The notes under the pieces: generated by a model
The model's input: only the letters and a program-made list of their open reading frames with translations
Told to the model about the DNA's origin: nothing
The model's database searches: none
In this document: positions 30,301-39,250 of the stretch, one piece after another
Numbering within the stretch: the first letter of the stretch is position 1
Layout: each line of letters starts with the position of its first letter
Virus record (IMG/VR): IMGVR_UViG_3300032321_000388
Span: 54,645-118,644 of that record
From: a virus
Lineage: Duplodnaviria; Caudoviricetes
Reading direction: 5' to 3' (one strand)
DNA length: 64,000 bases
Made by a program: the position numbers and the translations under genes

Positions 30301-32526
30301 CTAGTAACTCTTGATTATACTGAAGTTACGGCCATAGATCAACCATTATCAACCACATACGCTAATATTAATCCATTCAATGTGCTTCGTTTTGTTGGTT
30401 CTATTGTACTTGAACCATCATTTGACCAATGGGTTGATACAGCTTACCTACCTGCAGTTAATAAAGTAGTTGATATACAATTACAAGATGCTGAAGATAA
30501 GTACGAAACAAGATCTACTGGAGGTGGCGGAAGAATATTTGCTGTTACTGGTTCAACTACCACAACAGTTACAAACGTTGTTGGTTCTGCAACTTCTACA
30601 TTAGGAACAAACGTAGTTGATATCCAATACGTTCCATTCATCAGAGCAAATACAGTTTTAGGTGTATCAAGATTATTTAAACCTAAAGCTAGACTATATC
30701 CATTTATTGAAAATACAAGTATTACTCCGTATGTTAAACCATTAACATTGATTGAAGTGCAAAATCATACTGGCACTTTATTTGATGACAAACAAGGTGT
30801 TCATGAATCATTATCATTCAGAACTGGTTCAGCATCAGGAGCAGAGGCTGGTACCGCAAGAGCGGCTTTATATTCCCAACCATTAACAACAGATTCTACC
30901 AAACGATTATTATCTGTTTATAATGATGCTGGTACTATCACAGTTGGTAAATATGTTGTTGGTTTAACTGGTGGAGGTTCTGGAGTAGTTACTGCAGTTA
31001 CAACATACACATTAGATAATCCTTTAGTTCCTGATGAATACGGTAATATTGCTTTTGAGTTCCAGATCCCAGCTAATACATTTAAAACTGGTGAAAGAAC
31101 TATTCGATTAATTGATAATACAACTAATGATACTGAAGCTCAAGAATCTATCGGTGAAACCAAGTATACCGCTATTGGTACATTACAAACTAAACAAGAA
31201 ACTATTCTCACTACACGATCATTACAAAATCAAAAGACAGTAACACAAATTGGTTATTGGTATGATCCACTAGGTCAAACATTCTTAGTTGATGCTAGAG
31301 CAAATCCACAAGGATTCCATCTATCATCAGTTGATGTTTACTTTAAATCTAAATCTGCCACGGTTCCTGTTACTATGGAAATTCGTAGAACAGTTAATGG
31401 TTATCCAGAATCTGTTAGAACTATTCCGTTCTCTGAATCTATCCTTAATCCAGAACAAGTAAATATTCAAGGTGGTGGTACAAGTTCTACAAATGACGCT
31501 GTTCAACCAGCAACAACATTTAACTTTGCAAACCCAATTCACTTGACTCCAGGTGAGTATGCAATTGTACTTGTTTCACAATCAAATGATTACCAAGTAT
31601 ACATATCACAAATGGGTGGTACAATTTTAGGTGGTACTACTAAAGTTGATAAACAACCGTACATTGGATCTCTATTCTTCTCTCAAAATGCTTCTACATG
31701 GGAACCAGATCAGAATAAGGATCTTAAGTTCAAGATCAAGCGGGCAGACTTTACTACTTCAGGTACAGCAGAATTTACTATTCAGGATCCTGCCACTATA
31801 TATGATTATCACACGTTATTTACAAATGTGTCGACAGTATTACCTACAGGCACAAATGTAGTTTGGTCAGCAAAAGCATACAATACTGATACAACATTTG
31901 ATACTGATTGGACTCCATTTAATGTAATGCAAGATATTAATTACTCATACCTCAAGCGTCTAGCGGCTGCTTCAGGTATTGGTGGTACACCATCATTGAG
32001 ATTACGCGCGTCATTAACAACTGAAAGTTCATTTGTATCTCCAGTTATTGATGCAGCAAGTCTATCAGTAGTTACTGCTCTTAATAGTATCAATAACGAT
32101 GCATCAGGAGAAGCTTCAGTTAAAGCCGGTGGTACAGCTCTTGCTAGATATATTACTAAACCAATTAATCTTGCTTCTGGTTTTGAAGCATCTAACTTGG
32201 CCGTAACTATTGATATCAATAAACCAGCTGGTACAGACGTCAAAGTTTATTACAAGACACTACCAACTGAAAAGACAACTCCAATCTCTGACGAAAATTG
32301 GGTACTAATGACTCTTGAATCTACTGTTCCTTCATCATTATCCAACTATGACTTTAGAGAACATAGATACTTCCCAAGCGGAGCATTTAATTCTTATGGA
32401 GTTCCACAAGATAATCCTATTAGTCCAAGATTCAATACATTCCAAGTTAAGATTGTAATGTTATCTTCAAATCAATCTAATAGTCCAAGATTAAGAGATC
32501 TAAGAATTATTGCATTGGATAGTTAA
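27328..32526 (+). CDS. Large virion structural protein (DUF4815/VrlC-like)
   Basis: NFNTNPYYDDFD..KNYHRILFRPG.AVQARELTQLQ, ELARRTYDESGDY, RYTMRDIG.LEKRI..LEYYT, DPLGQTF, SQNASTW, LRIIAL. Confidence 0.85.
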   Translation: MALNFNTNPYYDDFDDTKNYHRILFRPGFAVQARELTQLQTQIQDQINRFGRHIFTSGSIVTGGARLFDNNLLSIKLASTYSGTTVNLQNFVGKTITGASSGTIAVVKSIADITSTDPKTLLVKITSGTAFTAGENITTSPGTVYNATIQNTLPFNSAMVFSIDSGIFFVDGKFIYLEAQTINVDKYTNTSSKNIGLVLNESIITSDNDLSILDRAQGSPNYAAPGADRYAATLTLTVKALADDVENFIEIARVVDGALVVNQDKTVYSEIGKELARRTYDESGDYTVKKWPIQISDDVTDPSDPTKFTVALDPGKAYVKGYEFGTINQTFLTLDRARDTEQADNIDVSTTYGNYVYVTSMFGAFSTNATSSAYSSVEIHNVARASVSSSSTKLGTAKVRFVNWVSGTPGTAAIYKMYLFDIVMDSGKFFKDAESIIINSASPTSGANVDVLSKVGGSAGGDAFLSGADSPGLVFQVPNDYIKTIRDSLNATQSDYAIQRTFTSVSFTSGTASISTANGLERFIGGSGALSDTQKDMYYHAVITAVTNAGSTGLSIGSVIPFRSASTRSITLATPVSGAAHQATFNINDASFAATVTIIAGINANTQTEKTKTLSGYSIKILGTGSAGGLNTTIGGKDTLALSDIYDIAGIYNTSTTNPTAVTINSTTGALTWGAVSHTDVTANYIIDNGQRAEYYNHGSLILNGTAPTASHYLLVVYRNFAHSGNGFLSVNSYGIDYADIPQFTDPASGQIYELRDCIDFRPRRADGSTALNNGQVPSPDGTFNADYQYYLGRIDKIIATSDQQFMVKKGIAAIYPTIPTDESNGMAIYNVVIPPYTADVKDIQIKYIENKRYTMRDIGRLEKRIGNLEYYTQLSLLEKQAKDTSIPDASNFEKFKNGFVVDTFTSADIFATSAVTWSQRRWGWWSAWFNGSNTWGGTATNYNENSIAQAADPDFLAAIDPINQELRAPFTVEFSQFDTSTLTDTAKTGDLVTLDYTEVTAIDQPLSTTYANINPFNVLRFVGSIVLEPSFDQWVDTAYLPAVNKVVDIQLQDAEDKYETRSTGGGGRIFAVTGSTTTTVTNVVGSATSTLGTNVVDIQYVPFIRANTVLGVSRLFKPKARLYPFIENTSITPYVKPLTLIEVQNHTGTLFDDKQGVHESLSFRTGSASGAEAGTARAALYSQPLTTDSTKRLLSVYNDAGTITVGKYVVGLTGGGSGVVTAVTTYTLDNPLVPDEYGNIAFEFQIPANTFKTGERTIRLIDNTTNDTEAQESIGETKYTAIGTLQTKQETILTTRSLQNQKTVTQIGYWYDPLGQTFLVDARANPQGFHLSSVDVYFKSKSATVPVTMEIRRTVNGYPESVRTIPFSESILNPEQVNIQGGGTSSTNDAVQPATTFNFANPIHLTPGEYAIVLVSQSNDYQVYISQMGGTILGGTTKVDKQPYIGSLFFSQNASTWEPDQNKDLKFKIKRADFTTSGTAEFTIQDPATIYDYHTLFTNVSTVLPTGTNVVWSAKAYNTDTTFDTDWTPFNVMQDINYSYLKRLAAASGIGGTPSLRLRASLTTESSFVSPVIDAASLSVVTALNSINNDASGEASVKAGGTALARYITKPINLASGFEASNLAVTIDINKPAGTDVKVYYKTLPTEKTTPISDENWVLMTLESTVPSSLSNYDFREHRYFPSGAFNSYGVPQDNPISPRFNTFQVKIVMLSSNQSNSPRLRDLRIIALDS

Positions 32527-32527
32527 T

Positions 32528-32734
32528 ATGAAGATTAAAGTAGAAAATGAATCATTGGTAAGAGATACAGGAACTAATGCTATCTTAGAGACTGATGTAA
32601 ATAAATTGCAGAAATCTAGAGCTATTAGACAAGCATTAAAAGAAAAAGAAAACAAATTAGATTATTTGATTGATAAAATAAATAAACTAGAAACAATTAT
32701 CGACGGGATGACAAATGGCAAGCTTAACACTTAG
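32528..32734 (+). CDS. Small conserved coiled-coil virion protein
   Basis: KVE..SLVRD..TNAI...D motif. Start ATG at 32528. Confidence 0.65.
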   Translation: MKIKVENESLVRDTGTNAILETDVNKLQKSRAIRQALKEKENKLDYLIDKINKLETIIDGMTNGKLNT

Positions 32735-33908
32735 ACTAGGCGCAACAGGTGCAACAGGAGTTAAAAACGCTCCACTCACTAATGCTGAGATTGATACTAA
32801 CTTTAGTAATCTTAATACTGAAGTTGGAACTAAATTAGCTTCAGCATCTTATACAGCTGCTGATGTTTTAACAAAGATTAAAACTGTTGATGGTACTGGT
32901 TCTGGTCTAGATGCAGATCTTTTAGATGGTCTTAATGCAGTTTCAGGTGCTACTGGAGCAAGTATTGTATCACGTGATTCCTCAGGTAATTTTGCTTCAA
33001 ATCAAATTACAGCTGCACAATTTATTGGTCCATTATATTTAGGTACGGCTGATACGATTGTATTTGAAGGTTCAACTGCTGATGCTTATGAGACATCATT
33101 AACTGTAACAGATCCAACTGCTGATAGAACAATTACATTTCCAGATTTAACAGGAACAGTTGTTGTTTCTGGCGCTGGTGGAGCTATTACAAATGATATG
33201 CTTGCTGGTTCTATAGCAAATTCTAAATTAGTTAATAGTTCTATTACTCTTGATGGTAACACTGTTGCATTGGGTGGATCATTAACTATTGGAGCAGGAT
33301 TAAAGAGCGCAGATAACGTATGGACAGGCACACAAACATTTAGAGATAATAAGTTTACTATCACAGATGATGTTGATAATACAAAGGTATTAGCTTTACA
33401 ACTATCAAACATTACTACTGGTACAACAAGAACACTTACTATTCCAGATGCAACTGGAACTATTGCAATTGGCCAACAAGTACTTACTAGCTCAAATGTG
33501 CAATTTGCTAATACACAACTCAGTTCATTAGGAGTTGGAACTGCTTCATCAGGTAATGCCGGTGAGATTCGTGCAACCGGTAATATATTTGCATTCTATA
33601 CGTCAGATAAAAATTTAAAAGAAAATATTGTTGCTATACCAAATGCTTTACAAAAAGTAGATCAAATTAGAGGTGTAACATTTGATTGGACAGATGCTGA
33701 GATTACTAAACGCGGTGGAGAAGATGGCTATTTTATCCGTAAAAATGATGTCGGTGTTATTGCTCAAGAAGTTGAAGCAGTATTACCAGAAGTAGTTGGC
33801 ACAAATGGTGATGGATATAAAGCTGTCAAATATGAATTAATTATTCCACTACTCATAGAAGCAATTAAGGAATTAAAAGCTGAAGTTGAAACATTGAAAT
33901 CTAAATAA
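32715..33908 (+). CDS. Tail fibre with S74 intramolecular chaperone
   Basis: PLTNAEIDTNFSNLN, GSGLDADLLDG, and TSDKNLKENI...GVIAQEVEAVLPE. Confidence 0.85.
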   Translation: MASLTLRLGATGATGVKNAPLTNAEIDTNFSNLNTEVGTKLASASYTAADVLTKIKTVDGTGSGLDADLLDGLNAVSGATGASIVSRDSSGNFASNQITAAQFIGPLYLGTADTIVFEGSTADAYETSLTVTDPTADRTITFPDLTGTVVVSGAGGAITNDMLAGSIANSKLVNSSITLDGNTVALGGSLTIGAGLKSADNVWTGTQTFRDNKFTITDDVDNTKVLALQLSNITTGTTRTLTIPDATGTIAIGQQVLTSSNVQFANTQLSSLGVGTASSGNAGEIRATGNIFAFYTSDKNLKENIVAIPNALQKVDQIRGVTFDWTDAEITKRGGEDGYFIRKNDVGVIAQEVEAVLPEVVGTNGDGYKAVKYELIIPLLIEAIKELKAEVETLKSK

Positions 33909-33923
33909 TTAAAGGGTTATATA

Positions 33924-35378
33924 ATGATATTTGAAATACTCGGTGAGCGTAGTGCTGGAGATACTAAAGTTTTCTATTATGATAATATGGAAAACATACT
34001 AAAAGATGCTGATGGAAATGTGTTTGAATTTTCTGAAAAGCCTACAATACCAGATCAGTATTTAAAAGAATATAAATCTTTTGATAAAGATCACCCATTA
34101 AAGAAGTCTAATAAGATACAATTATTAAAGATTCAAATGGGTTTAAGTTGCAATTATTCATGTGACTATTGTTCGCAAAAGTTTGTAGAGCGCGCACCAG
34201 AAACTAATAAAGATGATATTAGTGAGTTCATGCAAAAACTAGAAGTACTAGAATTTGATGAAAAGAACGGATTAAAGATTGAATTTTGGGGTGGTGAACC
34301 ATTAGTTTATTGGAAAACATTAAAACCACTTGCAGAAGCATTATACGAAAAATTTGCATCATGGGAAAGAAAACCCCAGTTTAGTATTATTACTAATGGA
34401 TCTATCTTAAGCGATGAGATCATTGATTGGTTAATGAAGATGGAATTTTCTGTTGCTATATCACATGATGGTCCTGGTCAAAGTGTTAGAGGTCCAGATC
34501 CATTTGATGATCCAAAACAGAAAGAAACTATTCTCGGATTCTATAGAATGATGACAAGATTAGGTAAAGGATTTAGCTTTAATGCTATGCTAAATTCTAA
34601 GAATAAGAGTCGCAAAGCAATATATGACTGGTTTGTAAAATTAACTGGTGATGAGAATATTAAACTTGGAGAAGGTTCTATAGTTGATGCTTATGATGAA
34701 GATGGCATAACTAATTCATTACAATCTCTTCAAGAACATTTTGAATTTAGACGTACTGCAGTATCTGATATACTACAGACAGAAGGTAAAATTGGATTCT
34801 TTGGTCAATTACAAAAGATTGACAATTTTACTAGCGGTGTACTAGCTCATAGAAATGCTAAATATGTCGGTCAAAAATGCGGCATGGATGACGAACATAC
34901 TATTGCTGTAGATTTACGAGGTAATGTATTAACATGTCAAAATGTTAGTGCATTGGAAACATCTAAAAATGATGAATCACATCTTGGTGGCAATTTAGAC
35001 GATTATGATAATGTTGAACTTAAATCAGTTACTCATTGGAGTAACCGTAAAGAATGTTCAAGTTGTCCTGTATTACATATTTGTCAAGGAGCTTGTATGT
35101 TCCTTGATAAGAAGTTTTGGGATATATCGTGTGCTAATGCTTATTCAGATAACGTGGCATTATTTGCTTTGGCTATCCATAAAATGACTGGGTACATTCC
35201 AAAGCTAATTAAGAATGATACATTACCATTAGAAAGACAAGATATATTTGGTACAATGTATAAGCATGAAGAAAAAGAAACTAAAAAGATTATACCTATA
35301 AAAGTATTCAACGAGAAAATAATGAAAATTGATGATATTGAAGTTTATGGTAAATCTGTTATTAAAGAAATTAATTAA
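33924..35378 (+). CDS. Radical SAM/SPASM-domain enzyme (peptide/protein maturase type)
   Basis: CNYSCDYC (CxxxCxxC), FWGGEPL, ITNG, ISHDGP. SPASM cysteines: CG...G.V..C...CSSCPVLHICQGAC...C. Confidence 0.92.
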   Translation: MIFEILGERSAGDTKVFYYDNMENILKDADGNVFEFSEKPTIPDQYLKEYKSFDKDHPLKKSNKIQLLKIQMGLSCNYSCDYCSQKFVERAPETNKDDISEFMQKLEVLEFDEKNGLKIEFWGGEPLVYWKTLKPLAEALYEKFASWERKPQFSIITNGSILSDEIIDWLMKMEFSVAISHDGPGQSVRGPDPFDDPKQKETILGFYRMMTRLGKGFSFNAMLNSKNKSRKAIYDWFVKLTGDENIKLGEGSIVDAYDEDGITNSLQSLQEHFEFRRTAVSDILQTEGKIGFFGQLQKIDNFTSGVLAHRNAKYVGQKCGMDDEHTIAVDLRGNVLTCQNVSALETSKNDESHLGGNLDDYDNVELKSVTHWSNRKECSSCPVLHICQGACMFLDKKFWDISCANAYSDNVALFALAIHKMTGYIPKLIKNDTLPLERQDIFGTMYKHEEKETKKIIPIKVFNEKIMKIDDIEVYGKSVIKEIN

Positions 35379-35388
35379 GTAGGGAATT

Positions 35389-36273
35389 ATGACATTACAA
35401 ACAACTGGAACACTAGCAGTATCTGATATTAATACCGAAATAGGTCTTAGTTCTACATACTCTGACGATCTAGCATTTTTAAATAATAAAATTGTGGCTG
35501 CTCAAAGACCAACTACTCCTAATTTTGGTGCATTTTACGGATTAACTCATTTTCAAAATAGCACACAAGGTAATTGTGATAATGCAAATGCTGCTGGTGT
35601 AAATTGTAATTGTGGAAATGTTAATTGTTCTGCCACAGCTAACTGCGCAGGTATTAACTGTACTAACTGTGATACTCAACCCTGGTTACAAACTAATTGT
35701 AACTGTGCTTGTACTTATAACTGCACCAATAATCAAAATTGCTTCTCATATAACTGCAATTGCAGTAAGATTATCTGTACAAAACTATATGAGATTGGAA
35801 TGTTGCCTAAAGATGTGTTTGAAGCAGATCAAGCATTTGGCGATCTATTAAAAGTAAAACATCCAGACGTTTATAATGGTTATATTGCATGGGCTCAAAT
35901 TGTTGTAGATTGGATGAGTGGCAAGGGTCCTAAGATGATGCCTTGGATGTCTGATGAAGAGTTTAGTAAAGCTGCACAAAATTGGTCTACTTCATGGGCA
36001 GAAACTATTGCTACTCCATGGGCTGATTATATGGCATATAAGATGGGTCTAAAAGAAACTATCAATAAGACTGGATTTGTATTAATGATGGTTGGTATAC
36101 CAATTAGTAAAGTTGTTGGTGTATGGCAACGGATATTTGGTAAGAGTACTAAACCTACAGGATTTGGTAAAGGCTTAATGCTTATTGGTATATTTGTCTT
36201 ACTAAAAGCAATAGTTGAAATTGGTAAATTATTTGGTCAAAGGACTGAATCATTAGCTGGGAGAAATGCATAA
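35389..36273 (+). CDS. Fibre-tip-type protein with an Asn-Cys repeat core; putative radical SAM substrate
   Basis: N-terminal TG.LAVSDINTEIG...FGAFYG motif shared with adhesins in this window. 15 Cys, 13 of them as NC, in 35572-35778. Hydrophobic C-terminal domain. Confidence 0.7.
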   Translation: MTLQTTGTLAVSDINTEIGLSSTYSDDLAFLNNKIVAAQRPTTPNFGAFYGLTHFQNSTQGNCDNANAAGVNCNCGNVNCSATANCAGINCTNCDTQPWLQTNCNCACTYNCTNNQNCFSYNCNCSKIICTKLYEIGMLPKDVFEADQAFGDLLKVKHPDVYNGYIAWAQIVVDWMSGKGPKMMPWMSDEEFSKAAQNWSTSWAETIATPWADYMAYKMGLKETINKTGFVLMMVGIPISKVVGVWQRIFGKSTKPTGFGKGLMLIGIFVLLKAIVEIGKLFGQRTESLAGRNA

Positions 36274-36623
36274 TGGCTGAAGAATTAGAAAACGTAGCAG
36301 TAAAAACAATAACTGCAAAATGTGGGCATGATGTTATATATAGACATGACCATATCATGGAATATTGGAATGAGCAAGTATATGCTCGAACATTAGCTCT
36401 ATCTCCAGAGGAAAAAGATAGATACTTCCAAATGGTAACAGACTATGGTGATATTATCAAGAAACTATTAGATGATGATAATCATGTTATCTATGATCAT
36501 GTGGCTGGTAATCCATGGGTAAATTTAGAGTCTGCCGCAGAAGAGGGTGTTATTGTAGATCGAGATAAACCAAAACAGTTGTTAGATGAATATGATGCAT
36601 GGAAGGCTCGACAACCTCAATAA
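36273..36623 (+). CDS. Hypothetical protein in the radical SAM cluster
   Basis: 116 aa, translationally coupled. Confidence 0.7.
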   Translation: MAEELENVAVKTITAKCGHDVIYRHDHIMEYWNEQVYARTLALSPEEKDRYFQMVTDYGDIIKKLLDDDNHVIYDHVAGNPWVNLESAAEEGVIVDRDKPKQLLDEYDAWKARQPQ

Positions 36624-36638
36624 TTGAAAGACTATATT

Positions 36639-37334
36639 ATGAATGACATGACAGATAAAGAACGTTATCATTGGTATCAAAATGCGCAAAACTTATTTTG
36701 GAAAAGCCCAATATGGGAAATACAGACAAAATTTGATGAAGCATTTAATGAACAGTTGCTTGAAGAGATATATGATATAGGTAAAAATATAACTTTAGGT
36801 ATAGATAAAGATCCACATAATAGTATATGGGATTATAGTAGACCTAACTTAGATATCTTAAAGCAAGAGATTATTGATATAGTTGAGACAACCATTATTA
36901 AGAACATACCTGAAGTCAGGATGTTAAATTTAAAAGGTTGTGAACATTTCATGGGTTGGATTAATGTTAGAGAACCTGGTGAAAGATTAGAAATACACGG
37001 ACATACAGAATCAGCCATAGCAGCAACATATTATATCAAAGCAAAAGAAGGATGTGGAGATTTAGTAGCATATGATACTGCTGGAGCTATTGATTGGGAT
37101 AATAATACCTTAAGTGGTAGTCCTTATGTAAGAGCAAGAAGATTTAAACCTGTAGAGGGTAGATTGATATTCTTTCCATCATATGTATTACATGGAGTAG
37201 ATGATAATAAATCAGATGACTTACGAATATCATTAAGTACGGATTTACGTAAAGTAGTTGATAAGAATTCTTCAAATACTGTTATATTAAAATCTTGGGC
37301 TGGTAGAATGGCTAAGATTAAAGAGTGGAAATAA
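36639..37334 (+). CDS. Putative 2OG-Fe(II) oxygenase (TIGR02466-like)
   Basis: WINV..PG...HGH, YYI, P.EGRLIFFPSY..HGV..N.S...RISLS. Confidence 0.8.
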   Translation: MNDMTDKERYHWYQNAQNLFWKSPIWEIQTKFDEAFNEQLLEEIYDIGKNITLGIDKDPHNSIWDYSRPNLDILKQEIIDIVETTIIKNIPEVRMLNLKGCEHFMGWINVREPGERLEIHGHTESAIAATYYIKAKEGCGDLVAYDTAGAIDWDNNTLSGSPYVRARRFKPVEGRLIFFPSYVLHGVDDNKSDDLRISLSTDLRKVVDKNSSNTVILKSWAGRMAKIKEWK

Positions 37335-37861
37335 TGTTTTGTAAATTAAACAATTCATTTGAGAAACCTCTCTATATAGTAACAGAAGGATTAAAGACAT
37401 TTACTGGTGTAGATGATAAAGGCATAGACTACAAAAAGATCTGGAGTCCAGATGCTGAAAAATTATTATCAGTATTACCAAAGAGATATTGGGATGACTT
37501 TCATTTGACAGTCATGACTATTAATAGACCAATACCTCCTCATACTGATACTGAGATCATCACTACTATTAATTTTTATATTGAGACTGGTGGAGCAAGA
37601 ACTGTATTTTATGAACCTATAGTTGATGAACCACGCACGTTTCAAATAGAGAATCAAACTGATGGTTACATATATTATCTAGAAGATTTAAAAGAAGTTG
37701 GCAGTTTTGTAGCAAAAGATTTTGAAATCTGGTGTTTAGATGTTAAAAAGATACATGCTGTTGAAGGTAATGTATCCATAAGAAAAGCTGTAACATTAGG
37801 CACATTCAAACACAAGTATGAAGATGTTGTAGAGATGTTTAAGGAAACTGGATGTTTGTAA
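37334..37861 (+). CDS. Cupin/2OG-Fe(II) oxygenase-like protein
   Basis: IPPHTD (HxD), INFY, LDV.KIH.V, R.A. Paralog of the next ORF. Confidence 0.65.
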   Translation: MFCKLNNSFEKPLYIVTEGLKTFTGVDDKGIDYKKIWSPDAEKLLSVLPKRYWDDFHLTVMTINRPIPPHTDTEIITTINFYIETGGARTVFYEPIVDEPRTFQIENQTDGYIYYLEDLKEVGSFVAKDFEIWCLDVKKIHAVEGNVSIRKAVTLGTFKHKYEDVVEMFKETGCL

Positions 37862-38421
37862 AACTAAAGAATAGTTTTAAAACTCCGTTATTCATAGCAA
37901 TAAATGAATTAGAATCTTGGGCAGGTATAGACGGTAAAGGAGTTCATCATAAAAAGATATGGAGTCCTGACCATGAACAGTTATATAGTGTATTGCCTAA
38001 AAGGTATTGGGATGATTTTGAATTAACAGTAATGACTATTAATTCTATTTTATTACCGCATCAAGATAATGATTTAATAACTACTATTAATTTTTATATA
38101 GATCCTGGTAATTATAGAACAGTATTCTATGAATCAAAAGATGGTGTAAAGATTTCAAGACCTGAGATGCAAGTAACTGGAACTAATGTTCCATTAGAAC
38201 AGCAAATAGGTTATGTTAAAGCTGTATATCAGCTTGAAGATGTTAAAGAATTAGATAGTTTCATTGCTAGACCTAATGAAGCATACTTATTAGATGTTAC
38301 AAAGATTCATAATGTTGAACCAATTGGCGAAACAACTGTAAGAAAAGCTATAGCTTTAAGAACTAAAAAGTACACATATAATGAAGTATATCATATGTTA
38401 AATGAAACTGGAAACCTATAA
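37852..38421 (+). CDS. Cupin/2OG-Fe(II) oxygenase-like protein (tandem paralog)
   Basis: LLPHQD and LLDVTKIHNV. Shares KKIWSPD...SVLPKRYWDDF.LTVMTIN with the previous ORF. Confidence 0.65.
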   Translation: MFVKLKNSFKTPLFIAINELESWAGIDGKGVHHKKIWSPDHEQLYSVLPKRYWDDFELTVMTINSILLPHQDNDLITTINFYIDPGNYRTVFYESKDGVKISRPEMQVTGTNVPLEQQIGYVKAVYQLEDVKELDSFIARPNEAYLLDVTKIHNVEPIGETTVRKAIALRTKKYTYNEVYHMLNETGNL

Positions 38422-38430
38422 GGATTAATT

Positions 38431-39219
38431 ATGTTTTATGAAAAACTAAATTTAAACATTGATATTGAAAAGCTTAGAAAAGAAGTAGTTGACAATGTAT
38501 TTCCACTAGGAGATCAAGTCATTCAAGGTGAAGAGTATGAAACTCCTCAGTATCATGGTTTTGGTGGATGGAGTATTACTACTCGTACAGGCGATTGGAA
38601 AGATGGATGGGAAACTTTTCAAACAGAACAAGGTGAAGTGTTAGAAAAGTTCTTGCCTACTCCTGAATTAGTCACTAAGTCTCTTAAGTACTTTAATATG
38701 GCACATAGCTTAGAGCATGATAAACCAACTCAAGCTTATGTTGGAGAGATTCGTAAGGTAGTAGAACAAATAACAGAATTAGGTTTGACTCCACGAAGAG
38801 TAAGAGTTGCATGTCTTAAAGCTGGTTGTAAAAGTTTAGTACATAAAGATGCAGACACATCTGAGTATATGGCTAGATTGCATATACCATTATGGACAGA
38901 TCCAAAAGCAGTGTTTATTGCAGAAAATAAACATCTACATATGGAAACTGGTTCTGCTTACATGGTTTGGGTAAATATTTGGCATCAAATTAGAAATGAT
39001 TCTGACACAGACAGATATCATCTAATAATGGATGTATATGATACTAAACATATTACTGAGCACTTTAAATATATGGGCGATTTTGCTCAATTAGAAAACT
39101 TTACTCGTGGTTATAGAGAGCAAATAGAAGCAGCAGAATTAACAGAAGATGATAAAGAATTTTTTAAAGCTATAAAAGCTAGGTATACTACAAAGAGTAC
39201 AATAGAACACGCACTATAA
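38431..39219 (+). CDS. Aspartyl/asparaginyl beta-hydroxylase-like oxygenase
   Basis: R.R...L..G.....HKD, RLHIPL.T, HMETGSAY, H..RN.SDTDRYHLIMD. Confidence 0.8.
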   Translation: MFYEKLNLNIDIEKLRKEVVDNVFPLGDQVIQGEEYETPQYHGFGGWSITTRTGDWKDGWETFQTEQGEVLEKFLPTPELVTKSLKYFNMAHSLEHDKPTQAYVGEIRKVVEQITELGLTPRRVRVACLKAGCKSLVHKDADTSEYMARLHIPLWTDPKAVFIAENKHLHMETGSAYMVWVNIWHQIRNDSDTDRYHLIMDVYDTKHITEHFKYMGDFAQLENFTRGYREQIEAAELTEDDKEFFKAIKARYTTKSTIEHAL

Positions 39220-39222
39220 ATA
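39215..39222 (+). promoter_or_regulatory. Late promoter
   Basis: TATAAATA upstream of ORF 39251. Confidence 0.7.
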
Positions 39223-39250
39223 ATAAAAGCAGTTTATAAGGGTACAATTC

